Below are positions 16,801-25,686 of a stretch of 47,445 nucleotides of DNA, piece by piece. Source of the DNA: a virus. Its lineage: Duplodnaviria; Caudoviricetes. Numbering within the stretch: position 1 is the first letter of the stretch; every line of letters begins with the position of its first letter. The position numbers and the translations under genes were made by a program. Under the pieces are notes generated by a model. That model made no database searches. It was not told the origin of the DNA and was given only the letters and a program-made list of their open reading frames with translations. The stretch spans positions 1-47,445 of IMG/VR virus record IMGVR_UViG_3300037780_000051; one strand, written 5' to 3'.

Positions 16801-18577
16801 CGGTCCAGCCGGCTACGGTTGTTTCGATCGTGGTCCAAATGCCGGAGACCGCGTCTTTGACCGCGGCCGTCGCGTTCTCGATGCCCTGATTGATCCCATC
16901 AACAACGCCCTCGCCCTTGGCAATGGCCTTCTGCGACCATTCCTCAAGCTTGGCCTTGATTGTTGCCCAGGTTTCCGCAGACCAGATCGCGATGGAGGCT
17001 CGCATCGACACCGTCCAATTCGCAACGCCGGTCGCGAGGTCCCGGGCGATCTCTGCCACGTTCGCAGAAATGCGCGACGCCAGCCGATTGATCGGGTTGA
17101 TGTTCTGGACGAAGTCGACGAATCCCTGAAAGGCGATTTTCGCGTTGTCCCATGCCAGAGGCCAATCACCTTCAAGGGCTGCCTTCACCGCTTGGATAGA
17201 GCTTTCGATCCCCGTCATACCGCCCGTCCCAGCTTCCTCCATTGCCGGGGCCCATTCATCCGCGACATAAGCGCGGGCGCCTTCCATCGCGGACGTGATG
17301 CCACCCATGATGGCGGGGAAACGCTGGTTCAAATCCTCCCAGTGGGACGCGATGTAGATCGCGCCGACCGTGAGCGCCGCAGCCGCAGCCGCGACCGGGA
17401 ACATGACGGCCGCCGCCGCAACGGCGATACCGCCGAGGGCCATGACGACCTTGTCGAGATACTCCCATTCGGAGGCTGCACGGATCAGGTCGGTGATGCC
17501 CTGTACGACGGAACGCAAGCCGCCAGTCGCGCCGGTATCGCCCACGGAGATGATCAAGCCCTCAATCGCCGAGTTCATTGCGAGAAGGTCGCCCTGAAGG
17601 TTGTCGCTCATGGTGGCGGCCATCTGGCGCGCAGACCCTTCGGCGTTTCGCAACGTTTCGTCATAGACGGCCATCTTGTCGGCGCCTTCGATCATCACGA
17701 GAAGGGCCTTACCCATCTCTACGCCGACCAGTTCGTTCGCTTCCGCGAGTCCGATGCCAGACGCCGCCAGGGTGTCCATGACCGCTTGCAGGCCATGTTG
17801 TTCGACGTTCACGTCAGCGGCGGTTAAGCCAAGGTCAGCGAGAGCCGATCGCGCGGCCTTTGTCGGTGACACCATCCGGGACATGACGTTTGCGACCGCG
17901 ACACCGGCTCGTTGTCCTTGAATACCGGCATCCGACAAAACGCCAATCGCGGCGGCGGTCATTTCCAGTTCTTCGCCAATCGCAGCCGCAGCCGGTGCCG
18001 CGTAGCTCATCGCGCCGCCGAGTTGTTCGATATTGGTATTCGAAGATGCCGCCGCTTTTGCCAATACATCGGAAACGCGTGCGGCTTCGTCCGCTTCCAT
18101 CCCGAAACCGGACAGAACGTTCGATGCAATGTCAGCCGCACGGGCCAATTCCAGCCCTCCTGCGGCGGCCATATCCAGAACACCGGGTATCGCAGTGATC
18201 GCCTCGGTCGCGCTGAAACCGGCCATGGCGAGAAACCCGAGACCGTCCGCAGCCTGTGAGGCCGAAAACCGCGTCGTCGCGCCCAGTTCCTTTGCCGTAT
18301 CGCGCAGGCGCGCGAGTTCTGCGTCTGTCGCACCGCTGATCGCGGCAACCTTCGACATGGACGTCTCAAAATCGCCCACGGTACGTACGAACCGGCCAAG
18401 CGTCGCGCCGGACAGTGCAATCCCACCGAACGCCGCAATAGCACGGCCAATGGATCGGCCCATCCGCTGTGCCGAGCCTTCGACCTGCCGACCGGTCCGA
18501 GTGAACCGGTCTAGGTCGCCCGTCGCCCGCTTAACTTGCGAGGAATCGACTTGCAGGCCAAGTTTGGCGACGTCCAT
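13871..18577 (-). CDS. Tape measure protein
   Basis: 1568 aa, Ala/Gly-rich; TP901-type N-terminal domain (LGATTRFSASQAA); QSPSK; FATGG...VGESGPELE. Confidence 0.95.
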   Translation of the reverse strand: MDVAKLGLQVDSSQVKRATGDLDRFTRTGRQVEGSAQRMGRSIGRAIAAFGGIALSGATLGRFVRTVGDFETSMSKVAAISGATDAELARLRDTAKELGATTRFSASQAADGLGFLAMAGFSATEAITAIPGVLDMAAAGGLELARAADIASNVLSGFGMEADEAARVSDVLAKAAASSNTNIEQLGGAMSYAAPAAAAIGEELEMTAAAIGVLSDAGIQGQRAGVAVANVMSRMVSPTKAARSALADLGLTAADVNVEQHGLQAVMDTLAASGIGLAEANELVGVEMGKALLVMIEGADKMAVYDETLRNAEGSARQMAATMSDNLQGDLLAMNSAIEGLIISVGDTGATGGLRSVVQGITDLIRAASEWEYLDKVVMALGGIAVAAAAVMFPVAAAAAALTVGAIYIASHWEDLNQRFPAIMGGITSAMEGARAYVADEWAPAMEEAGTGGMTGIESSIQAVKAALEGDWPLAWDNAKIAFQGFVDFVQNINPINRLASRISANVAEIARDLATGVANWTVSMRASIAIWSAETWATIKAKLEEWSQKAIAKGEGVVDGINQGIENATAAVKDAVSGIWTTIETTVAGWTDGLIQTGRDLIQGFIDGILEKTATITEVVTAPISTAVSAVKKLLKIQSPSKIMHDLGGYTMEGFADGVNAMAGGVVESIVNAMEGAIGASEKLASSLSGQLSSAIDGVADAFWKFLESGFTDFKSFATSVVKTFWDMLKSMITMAAKNRIMLSLGIGGATGGAATASPLGSIGNLAGSATGGSKGILGGLLGSFGTATTAGSGILGGLGSTISAIGTNGLGALFTPAANVAAAGITGFGATLGAALPIIGAAAAVIFGIFKFIGAMKKTFKEVSEAVKLTGHNLDEVAGLGWGAASNLKKLAGSIDELNKLTQSFYENFYSEAEKIARNRGEVRDVFADLGRAIPSSTASFKDLVEAQDLGTKEGRETYIELLKVADAFKKVQDAADQLAQGVTKIVDAVSVLRPIGSGQFMLEEFARLAETDFGSVDNFASAVGNAYSVLTTDSRKVADAQSLLDETFKELGLSIPGTRNGFLKLLTAQNLMSKSGQETFSTLIGVVGAFDQVTPRMADFTEALTTLSGELTTGLQSAITAAGNAADQFIDLFRDLRDAASDIRADATGPGAQAGNAMDDFRRAYALAMAGDFDAMRSIGALGSKAVESAAAIASDATEYRLFASRVASQIDNVSGLAAGLGVMKTIEEQTLEEILKLVESGELTTDLLDENIARIATMNDSFLAALMSTGSATVEGLGSTASDIVAGLGATSDQIAVDLGALGATLGAGLSDHASNILGGLGGTSSAIVDSLGGVGSGIITELGGMGGSLLSTLANLNVDTVLSLHALNEGIKASISNSDIPIVSAIWASTADVISALQMVGEAVNNINKQKEIADLADSAAAKSAKRQASAAPASVPESVKKNPTTVTSQPAYNYWDAVTSGAGQWGPSGFATGGLHLGGARIVGESGPELEVTGPSRIYSNTQTRSMFDMNGLIAEVRELRRQIAEADDTKINGLARISKNTKSTKDVLEDWDGNGLPAERT

Positions 18578-18604
18578 AAACGCACCTCACGACAGGAGTT
18601 TCAG

Positions 18605-18955
18605 ATGAAGGTTTTATTAGGGGCCGCGTTGGCGGCGGCATTTGCAGGCAGTTCGCTCGCCGAGGGGTATTCAGACCACAAGGGAGTTCGGATTTTCACG
18701 GAAAAGCCATGTCACTATGTGACGACCTATTTCGATGACCCCGACACAGATGACGAGATCGTGGCGACCATTCAGAGCATGGCTATCGATCAGAGCACGC
18801 TGGCAATGGCATGGGGTTTCATCTTGGGTTTTGACTACGCCGAAGGTGGGCTTTGGGACGGCGAAACCACCACGCTTGAACGTTTTCGCGCTGCTTGTGA
18901 AGCGGATCCGCTGTTAACCGGCGCCGAGATCCTTCACAACCTCGCCGCCGATTGA
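18605..18955 (+). CDS. Secreted/periplasmic moron protein
   Basis: AGGAG RBS; signal peptide MKVLLGAALAAAFAGSSLA; two Cys; antisense to the tail operon. Confidence 0.75.
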   Translation: MKVLLGAALAAAFAGSSLAEGYSDHKGVRIFTEKPCHYVTTYFDDPDTDDEIVATIQSMAIDQSTLAMAWGFILGFDYAEGGLWDGETTTLERFRAACEADPLLTGAEILHNLAAD

Positions 18956-19766
18956 TTTTCTTCGCGTTCCTTGATCTCCATCGGTGAGCGCGCCGCCGCG
19001 ACGTGACCGGCATTCCAGCCCGCGCAATAGGACCGGCACATCTGATGGAGGAAATCTGCCTCCCACGCCTCGGTTATGGCACCGGTCGCTTGCATGAACG
19101 GGGCGATTTCGGGCCAATCCGCTGGCCTGAACCCGCCCATCGGCATCGGTCGTACCGGGCTCAAGGTAAGCATTACCTCGACCATGTATTCGCCGCCATC
19201 CGGAAGGTCCGGAAGCGGCGGCGGGTGCTTGGCCTCGATGTATTGCTGCATCCGGGGCGGCGCCCCCATCTGGATCCCGCTGTCGCTTTTTCCTTCGATG
19301 GGGGCATGCAGAAACCCGAGCTGTTCAGCGTAAAACGCTACGCGGTCGCGCTGACGCCGAAAAAATTTGCGCGGTCCTGCGCGAATTCCATGACCTGTTC
19401 GACGAGGCTATCGGACTGCGCGAAGAATTCCCGCTTGCTCTCGTCGGTGGCCTCGAGCGGTTTTCCGTCCTTGGTGAGCCCCTTGAAAGACACCACCAGC
19501 GACGACACGAAAGCAATGCCGGCTTCCTCGGCGTCGTCGTCACCCTTGAGCTTCTTGCCCTGAATGGCTTTCGCCCGCTCCCGAACACGCTCACTTTCGA
19601 GGCCGAGCACGTGGCACCCGACCTTTTCGACGTTCTTGCCATCGCGGCGACCATCGGAGTCTGCGTCGGGCCCGGTGTACATCAGGTGACCGAGTGCGGG
19701 GTGCTTGAGGTGCAAAAACGCGCCTTTCGACGCCCCGGTCTTGGTTTCCAGTCTCGTAAGTTCCAT
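18934..19766 (-). CDS. Tail assembly chaperone, gpGT-like, made by -1 frameshift
   Basis: Slippery A AAT TTT TTC at 19368-19359; the -1 frame is open into the 18934-19269 ORF. Confidence 0.85.
19338..19766 (-). CDS. Tail assembly chaperone, gpG-like
   Basis: Between tail tube and tape measure; ends QVMEFAQDRANFF. Confidence 0.85.
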   Translation of the reverse strand: MELTRLETKTGASKGAFLHLKHPALGHLMYTGPDADSDGRRDGKNVEKVGCHVLGLESERVRERAKAIQGKKLKGDDDAEEAGIAFVSSLVVSFKGLTKDGKPLEATDESKREFFAQSDSLVEQVMEFAQDRANFFGVSATA

Positions 19767-19872
19767 TGCGGTTCCTTTTCGGTTTCGTGGTTTCGTTAGG
19801 TTTCAAGACGGGGCGGACGTCGGTGAAACCATGCCGCCGCCCGCCCCTGGCCCCCTGGAAGAGGTTGGGGGA

Positions 19873-20310
19873 TTACGCCGCGGCGACGCGGGTGATGCCG
19901 GAATTGATCGCGACTTCGAACATGACGCCCGCTTTGGTGGAAGCGTCGCCCTGTTTGACCTTCAGGTTCCGAATGACGCCGTAGAAATAGCGAACCTGGT
20001 TCGGGCCAGCGACCTTGAACGAATAGTTCGTGGACGTGCCATTGCCGGCCTCGACCAGCGCCAGACCGGCGTCGGTGAAGTCCTCACCGTCGATTTCGAA
20101 CGCGACCACACCACCATCTTTGGCGCCGTTGTCGTGATCGGTGCGGCCCGTCTTGATCAGGGTCGCGGACTGGTCCTCGTGGGTGTCGCCGAGCTCGCCG
20201 CGCGAAATCACGCTGCCGAGTTCATCCATGGACATGGCCTCATAGCCGGTTTCGTCCTCGGTCGCGGGCGTGCCGCTGGCGAGGTACGTCGTTTCTCCGA
20301 TAAAGCTCAT
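19873..20310 (-). CDS. Major tail (tube) protein
   Basis: PATEDETGYEA...G...GELG; GGAGAG RBS; position. Confidence 0.8.
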   Translation of the reverse strand: MSFIGETTYLASGTPATEDETGYEAMSMDELGSVISRGELGDTHEDQSATLIKTGRTDHDNGAKDGGVVAFEIDGEDFTDAGLALVEAGNGTSTNYSFKVAGPNQVRYFYGVIRNLKVKQGDASTKAGVMFEVAINSGITRVAAA

Positions 20311-20408
20311 CGGACTCTCCTTTGCTTGTGGTGATCCCGGCATTCACCCGCAAAGGCGGAACCGGCCCGCCGGGAAAGGCCGGTATATCAAATCACTATC
20401 GGGCGATG

Positions 20409-20882
20409 TTAAATTATCGTCTCAGCTTCGTATGATGCGACGACAGGCACGCGCCAATGGGCGCCGTCCTTGTATCCGGGGCGAATGTCGACCGGCTTCG
20501 TCAACCTGATTTTGCAGTCGACTCCGGAAAAGTAGAATTCCCACCAGTCCGAAATCTCGGTGTTCGACGCGGTCAGTCGCGATCCTTCGTTGTAGGCAGC
20601 GACGTTGATGACATCGGCGATGATCTCGGCATACTCGTTGACCGTTGCAGTGCCCTGCCCGAGTTCGACGACAATGCCGACCGTGAATTGACCGGTTTCG
20701 CGGACAATGTCGCCTGCCTTGAGCGTGGTCGGCGGCCTGTCGATCGGGGTGTGATCGAAGGTGACACCAGGCGCGGCGAGAGCGTCGTATTCATAGCCCG
20801 GCAGATGCGGCGACAACTCGTAGTATTGCGCGGTCGGCTTCACCAGTTCGATAAAGGCGCCTTGGATCAGTTCCGTGTTCAT
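20409..20882 (-). CDS. Tail terminator-like protein
   Basis: G.F.VGIVVELGQG...WRVPVVASY; upstream of the tube gene. Confidence 0.7.
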   Translation of the reverse strand: MNTELIQGAFIELVKPTAQYYELSPHLPGYEYDALAAPGVTFDHTPIDRPPTTLKAGDIVRETGQFTVGIVVELGQGTATVNEYAEIIADVINVAAYNEGSRLTASNTEISDWWEFYFSGVDCKIRLTKPVDIRPGYKDGAHWRVPVVASYEAETII

Positions 20883-21319
20883 CCTCGGATCTCCGCTTTC
20901 GCCTTCGCCACCGCCGCCGCCACGTAGCCCGGCCATTTCCCGGCGGCCGCGTCGCGCCAGAACGTGCCGGGCACGCCGTTGGCGCCGTAATGGACGTGCG
21001 GCGCGTAGGGCGCGACACCCCCACCCCATGAGAACTTCGCCACATCGCCAGCTTTCATCGCCCCCGCGATCAACGTGTGACTATCCGCGCCCCCGGCCGA
21101 CATTGCCGTCGTACCGTACAGCGTGGACTGCAGTGAGTTCGCCAGAGCGCCAATATCGCGTGGGATGGTGCCGCGAACGCGCGACCCGCCCCGGTTGATG
21201 CCCGGCACGACTTCGATATCGGCGAGCATGTCGCCGGTGGCGGTCTTGACGATAGCGTCGCCGATCTTCGTGACCTTGGTCCCCCATTTCGGAAGCTGGG
21301 CGAACGTGTAGGTTGTCAC
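20879..21319 (-). CDS. HK97 gp10-like neck/tail component
   Basis: PRDIGALANS, APYAPHVHYG, FWRDAAA. Confidence 0.7.
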   Translation of the reverse strand: MTTYTFAQLPKWGTKVTKIGDAIVKTATGDMLADIEVVPGINRGGSRVRGTIPRDIGALANSLQSTLYGTTAMSAGGADSHTLIAGAMKAGDVAKFSWGGGVAPYAPHVHYGANGVPGTFWRDAAAGKWPGYVAAAVAKAKAEIRG

Positions 21320-22383
21320 TCCATCGCCTCAAGGGCATCGCGCAGTTCGTCGGGTGTCAGTCGATCGCGCAGGCCGGTGATGAAGTCGACGCGGGTTCGC
21401 AGGAAACACCGACAGTTCACAATTTCTGATGCAGGAGCGCCAAGCGAGGCGTCGCCGGGGTGGCGCATCTGGTAGCCGTTCCCGGTGGTAAATGGCTGGC
21501 CCTGCGTTCGTGTTTGCCCATCCATCGCCCGGTGGCTGTCGCGCGTCGCTCCGTCGTTCTGCGCGTCCCATTCCTGCGTTACAGCTTCGGGCGCGAGTCC
21601 TTCACGTGTGCGCATCTGTTCCAACGCTTCAGCCTGTGAGGCATGCAAGGTGCCGAGCAGTTCCGTCCGTGCAATGTTCTCGCCACGCCGAAAGAGAAGC
21701 CGGGCCCGATAGCGCGCCACGATCCTGCGGGCTTCTGTCGGTCCAAGCCCCCGGCCCTCGCGGATCGCCTTTGCGACCGTCCGGTCAAACCGACGATCGC
21801 GCAGCGTGCGCTGAAAGTATCCGGTGTCGCCCTCGATCAATTCGCGGTAGGCGTTGGCCGCCCATCCTTCCATCTGCGAATTGAGGCCGACAATTCCTCC
21901 CTCGCGGCGCCCGGTGGCCCGGTTGACCCGGCCGATCAGTTCAAGCGCGGCGGTCCGTGGGGCCGTTCCCTCTCCTGCCAGCCGGGCGAGCGTGTCGCTG
22001 ATGATCTGGCGCTGATCGCTGGTGATTTCCACAATGCGGCGCGACGACTGTTCTGCAAGCCACTGCGTCACGCGCGGGTCGTTGGCCCCGAACACGGCCG
22101 ACACCTTGAACCCTTGAGCGCGTGCCATACGTTGCAGCTCGGCCATCACGAATTCGCCGCCGGTCTCATAGGCGTCGCGCATTGCACGGTCGAGAGGCGC
22201 GAAATATTCGGCGCCCAGGTTTATGATCTGCAGGACCGCCGCCGTATCGCCCCGTGAGATCGCATCTTCGAGCGCGCGGATCTGCACGTCGCCCGTCACC
22301 CTGCCGATGCTGTCAAGAAAGGCTTGGCGGGCCGCCGGCGTCAGTTCGTCGAGAAGATCGATCAGGGTCTTGCGTCGTGCCAT
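21316..22383 (-). CDS. Head morphogenesis / minor head protein (Mu F / SPP1 gp7 family)
   Basis: IARTE, W...D..TR.SH..MDG, PGD...EIVNCRC. Confidence 0.88.
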   Translation of the reverse strand: MARRKTLIDLLDELTPAARQAFLDSIGRVTGDVQIRALEDAISRGDTAAVLQIINLGAEYFAPLDRAMRDAYETGGEFVMAELQRMARAQGFKVSAVFGANDPRVTQWLAEQSSRRIVEITSDQRQIISDTLARLAGEGTAPRTAALELIGRVNRATGRREGGIVGLNSQMEGWAANAYRELIEGDTGYFQRTLRDRRFDRTVAKAIREGRGLGPTEARRIVARYRARLLFRRGENIARTELLGTLHASQAEALEQMRTREGLAPEAVTQEWDAQNDGATRDSHRAMDGQTRTQGQPFTTGNGYQMRHPGDASLGAPASEIVNCRCFLRTRVDFITGLRDRLTPDELRDALEAME

Positions 22384-22540
22384 GCGTCACCCTGTCCAGT
22401 AGAAGGCCGAGAACGGCCAGATTGAACGCGATTTCGCGAAACTTGGCTTCCGCACCGGCCTCGAAAGCCGATTGCAGTATCCGGGCCGTCGCGCCCGGTG
22501 TCAGGTCGTCGAGGATGGTGCGATTACGAGACGAGTTCAC
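22313..22540 (-). CDS. Possible small hypothetical protein
   Basis: Fills the gap between neck genes but overlaps both neighbours. Confidence 0.35.
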   Translation of the reverse strand: MNSSRNRTILDDLTPGATARILQSAFEAGAEAKFREIAFNLAVLGLLLDRVTHGTTQDPDRSSRRTDAGGPPSLS

Positions 22541-22874
22541 ATTCCCACATCAGAGTCGTTCCGCCGGGTGCCAACGTCCGGACGACGTCGATTTCATGCT
22601 CGGTTCCGCCGATCACGACCTTGTCGCCTTTGGCCGGTGTCACGCCCGCCGCCGTTGAAACATACAGCGTGCGTTTTGTCTGTCCAGTAAGCGTGCCCGC
22701 CGCGTCCCGAACCTCGCGGTTCAGGTCAACCACGGTGACCGAAGTGTCGGTTTCGGTCAAAGACGGTGCCCATTCATCTCCACCCTTCGAAATCTGGCGC
22801 AGGGTCGCCGTCTGCCCGAAATTCGCGATCAGGCGTTCGGCGGTAGCCTTGGCGCGGGCGTAGTTGAAGGTCAT
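22524..22874 (-). CDS. Head-tail joining (head closure) protein
   Basis: YARAKATAERLIANFGQ...PAKGDKV...LAPGG. Confidence 0.75.
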   Translation of the reverse strand: MTFNYARAKATAERLIANFGQTATLRQISKGGDEWAPSLTETDTSVTVVDLNREVRDAAGTLTGQTKRTLYVSTAAGVTPAKGDKVVIGGTEHEIDVVRTLAPGGTTLMWECELVS

Positions 22875-23242
22875 TCGCCGCCGAACACGATCCGAGCGGC
22901 GATGGTGCGTAGACCGTCGACCGTCTCGCCGTCGTCTTCGCGGTCCTCGACGGTGATCCCTTCCATGTCGGCTTCTGTGTAGTCGCTGTTCGCGACGATC
23001 ACGTCGAGCAGCTCGGCCCGCTTCGCCTTCGCAATAAATTCGCGCGTGATTTGCGGCGTCTCGGGTTCGGGGTCATCGGCCCGAACGGTCAGTTCCCCGG
23101 CCCGCATCCGGCGGGCGATGTAGGGTTCGTTGGAAATGCGGTGCAGGGTCGCCTCGGACACCGCGAGTTCGCCCTTGGCCGGGATGACGTGCTTGGTCGT
23201 CGCTTCGGCAGGGTCGTCGGTCCAGTTTTCAATGATCGGCAT
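22871..23242 (-). CDS. Hypothetical protein with a possible HeH/LEM-like C-terminus
   Basis: Coupled ORF; ITREFIAKAKRAELLDVI. Confidence 0.6.
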   Translation of the reverse strand: MPIIENWTDDPAEATTKHVIPAKGELAVSEATLHRISNEPYIARRMRAGELTVRADDPEPETPQITREFIAKAKRAELLDVIVANSDYTEADMEGITVEDREDDGETVDGLRTIAARIVFGGE

Positions 23243-23831
23243 AAGTCGTCTCCTTGAGTTCTTCCGGCGCCCCCAAGAGCACGCGGGTCCATCCAGACAT
23301 TGACCGCATCCGGTCGCGGTATTCCTGCGGCACGGCCAGCCACGAGTTGCGGAACCCGTGGGCGCTGGTGCGACCCGATGCGTTGGGTTTCGTCCAGTTC
23401 GTGCGCCCGTTGAAATGCGCCGTCGGAGTCATGGGCACGCCCGCGAAAACCACGCGATCGAAACCGAGATCGACCAGCGCAACCTTTGCCGCGAACAGGC
23501 CTGACGATCCGCTTTTCTCACCAGCGAAGTCATAGGGCGTTGCGGTCACGAACCCGTCGATCTGCGAATTGTCGCGCGGGCGGCGCCCGAAGGCTGCAGG
23601 ATGCCCGAAGAGTTGTTGTGGCGTTGGGTGGCCCCGATCGTCACGTTTCTGGCGCCAATTCGGACCGGAGTCGAACGAACGGGAATGCAGAGACACCCAC
23701 GCCCGAAGCTCGCCGGGCCACTCAATCCCGATTTCGTTACAGGCGATCACCGCGTCGCGCCGGATATGGCGTGCCGCGTAAACGTCTTCCCAGACGCAGG
23801 CCCCACCCCCGATGACGAGCGCGGTGGTCAC
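23229..23831 (-). CDS. Putative Maf/GT29-GT42-like glycosyltransferase-fold protein
   Basis: ALVIGGG...VIACN...SSGLFAAKVALVDLGFDRVVFAGVPM...HF; GTG start coupled to the upstream TGA. Confidence 0.55.
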   Translation of the reverse strand: MTTALVIGGGACVWEDVYAARHIRRDAVIACNEIGIEWPGELRAWVSLHSRSFDSGPNWRQKRDDRGHPTPQQLFGHPAAFGRRPRDNSQIDGFVTATPYDFAGEKSGSSGLFAAKVALVDLGFDRVVFAGVPMTPTAHFNGRTNWTKPNASGRTSAHGFRNSWLAVPQEYRDRMRSMSGWTRVLLGAPEELKETTYADH

Positions 23832-23911
23832 TTGGACGCGCGCCCGACGAGGAAACCGACCGCCATCCAGAAAACCGCGCTGTGTGCGAGGAACCCGATG
23901 ATATCGATCAC
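23828..23911 (-). CDS. 27-aa hydrophobic peptide
   Basis: MIDIIGFLAHSAVFWMAVGFLVGRASK*; GTGA overlaps at both ends. Confidence 0.55.
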   Translation of the reverse strand: MIDIIGFLAHSAVFWMAVGFLVGRASK

Positions 23912-24483
23912 ACCTGCACCCCCCAAACATCGTTAGGCCCGATCCAGTAGCCTGGGCATAATTCGTCGATCGCTCGCCCAACACCATCCCAAGCTGCATC
24001 ATGCCCCATGAGTATCCCGCCGGCCCGGATCTTCGGGCGCCAGACGCGGATATCGCGCTTCACGCCCGCCTCGGAATGGTCGGCGTCGATGAACACGAAA
24101 TCGAGCGAGGCGTCTGCCACGGTCTGCGCGGCATCGACGGTCATCGCCTTGATGATCTCGACCCGGCCGCCGAATTCGCGCAGACGGGCGCGAGCCTCAC
24201 GCTCGTGGTCTTGGTGCGGCCAGTCACCCCAAGTTTCTGGCCCCGTGTTCTCCGGCTGCGGCGCCCAGAGATCGACGCAGACAAGATGCAGGCTCGGACA
24301 ATGGCGCATTATGCGCTGCGCGGTGCGGCCCTCGGCGACGCCCAATTCAGCGCCGCGCGTCCAGCCGTGGGCATTCACCAGCGCGGCGATCACCTGCCCC
24401 CTGTGGCGCACATTCGGCCCGAAGTGCTTTGTCGGCGTGCGAGGGGCCGGGATTTTGAACCCGGCAGGCTTTTTCATGGGCAT
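23908..24483 (-). CDS. Class I SAM-dependent methyltransferase (Methyltransf_24-like)
   Basis: GAELGVAEG, VCVDLW, LDFVFIDADHS, GGILMGHD. Confidence 0.88.
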   Translation of the reverse strand: MPMKKPAGFKIPAPRTPTKHFGPNVRHRGQVIAALVNAHGWTRGAELGVAEGRTAQRIMRHCPSLHLVCVDLWAPQPENTGPETWGDWPHQDHEREARARLREFGGRVEIIKAMTVDAAQTVADASLDFVFIDADHSEAGVKRDIRVWRPKIRAGGILMGHDAAWDGVGRAIDELCPGYWIGPNDVWGVQV

Positions 24484-24671
24484 GGCGGAGCCTCAGCCGC
24501 GCAAAGCTTGCACGTCGTCCGACGCTTGTGACCAAGGAATTCCTCGCCGCATGTCGCACAGGTGCCAAAGTAGTTGCCGTTCTCGTGTTCGAAGTCCTCA
24601 GACCATGACCGCCTTTCAAGTGGGCTGGGCGGATTTACGCGGTTCCCGACGCTATCGAATGTTATGGTCAT
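24474..24671 (-). CDS. Small zinc-ribbon protein
   Basis: HENGNY..TCATC..F.GHKRR..CKLC; AAGGAG RBS. Confidence 0.65.
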   Translation of the reverse strand: MTITFDSVGNRVNPPSPLERRSWSEDFEHENGNYFGTCATCGEEFLGHKRRTTCKLCAAEAPPCP

Positions 24672-24719
24672 GGGACGCTCCTTAGATAAGGACGGGGCGA
24701 CCGAGGCCGCCCCATTTTG

Positions 24720-24968
24720 TCAACCTTTGACCGGCGAGATATCGAGAAAGTAGTCTTTCCCAACCTCAAGGTTTTTCAGCGCCGACGGGTTCGTGATCGC
24801 CATCGTCAATTCGCCAGAAGGCGTGAATTTCGACCACGTTTTGCAGTCCTCGTTGGACGCCGTGACCGCTGTGAACCTGACGTTGGCGTGGCACTGATCA
24901 GCCGGGTTAGCTGTCGCGTGCTGTTCGATGGTTTGGAGCGTGAACCGCCCTCGGATATTCCCAGACAT
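24720..24968 (-). CDS. Small conserved hypothetical protein
   Basis: WSKFTPSGELTMAITNP...GKDYFLDI; AAGGA RBS. Confidence 0.7.
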   Translation of the reverse strand: MSGNIRGRFTLQTIEQHATANPADQCHANVRFTAVTASNEDCKTWSKFTPSGELTMAITNPSALKNLEVGKDYFLDISPVKG

Positions 24969-25032
24969 TGTGATCTGTCCTTTCGACTTACCCGTTGACG
25001 CTCGGGCGGGCGATCCGGCTTGGTGCCAAATT

Positions 25033-25686
25033 TCAAAACGGTGCTTCGTATCCCCCGGCCTCGATATCCGGCGCGAAGTAGTGGGCGACGTGGGCGATGG
25101 TTTCGCTGTCGTACTCGGCGCGCCAGTCGTTGGGTTTGGCCTTTGTCTTGTTCAGCTCGCCGATCAAGACTCGCGGTTGACCGATTTCGCGCATGAAATG
25201 GTCGAGGTCAGCCTGCATCGTCTCGACGCGCCCGATGTAATCGCAGCCGGTCAGGTACCAGAGAACCGGCCGGCGCTGTTGCGGCGGTAGATCCTTATCG
25301 GCTGCCACGATTTCGAGGCCGGGATACCAGTTGTGCGAGCTGTAGCTTCGTGCCTGCCGTGTGTGGACCATACCGTCAGGCTGCGGCTCGTTGCTCATCC
25401 AATTCTCGCCCTCGAGAAGCCACCGCTTGAACCCCATTTCGCGCACGGCGACCGGATCGACACGTTGTAGATGTTTCCGGGGCGACTGCCATAGGAAGTA
25501 GTAGAGGCTGACCATTCGGTGCCACGGATCGCGCAGGAACCCGAAAGCGGGACGGTCGAGCGGCAACGCCTTTCGCGGCAAATGCATCGGCACGTCCGGT
25601 GTCACACCGCCGAGGGCCTGGCTCACGCTGTTGCCACCGCATTTCGGGACGTGGACATAGACGTACCTGGGGTGGATCACCGCCAC
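25033..25686 (-). CDS. Sulfotransferase family 2 (carbohydrate sulfotransferase-like)
   Basis: 5'-PSB motif YVHVPKCGGNS, 3'-PB motif FLRDPWHRMVSLY, DYIGRVE, YFAPDIEAGGY. Confidence 0.85.
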   Translation of the reverse strand: MAVIHPRYVYVHVPKCGGNSVSQALGGVTPDVPMHLPRKALPLDRPAFGFLRDPWHRMVSLYYFLWQSPRKHLQRVDPVAVREMGFKRWLLEGENWMSNEPQPDGMVHTRQARSYSSHNWYPGLEIVAADKDLPPQQRRPVLWYLTGCDYIGRVETMQADLDHFMREIGQPRVLIGELNKTKAKPNDWRAEYDSETIAHVAHYFAPDIEAGGYEAPF

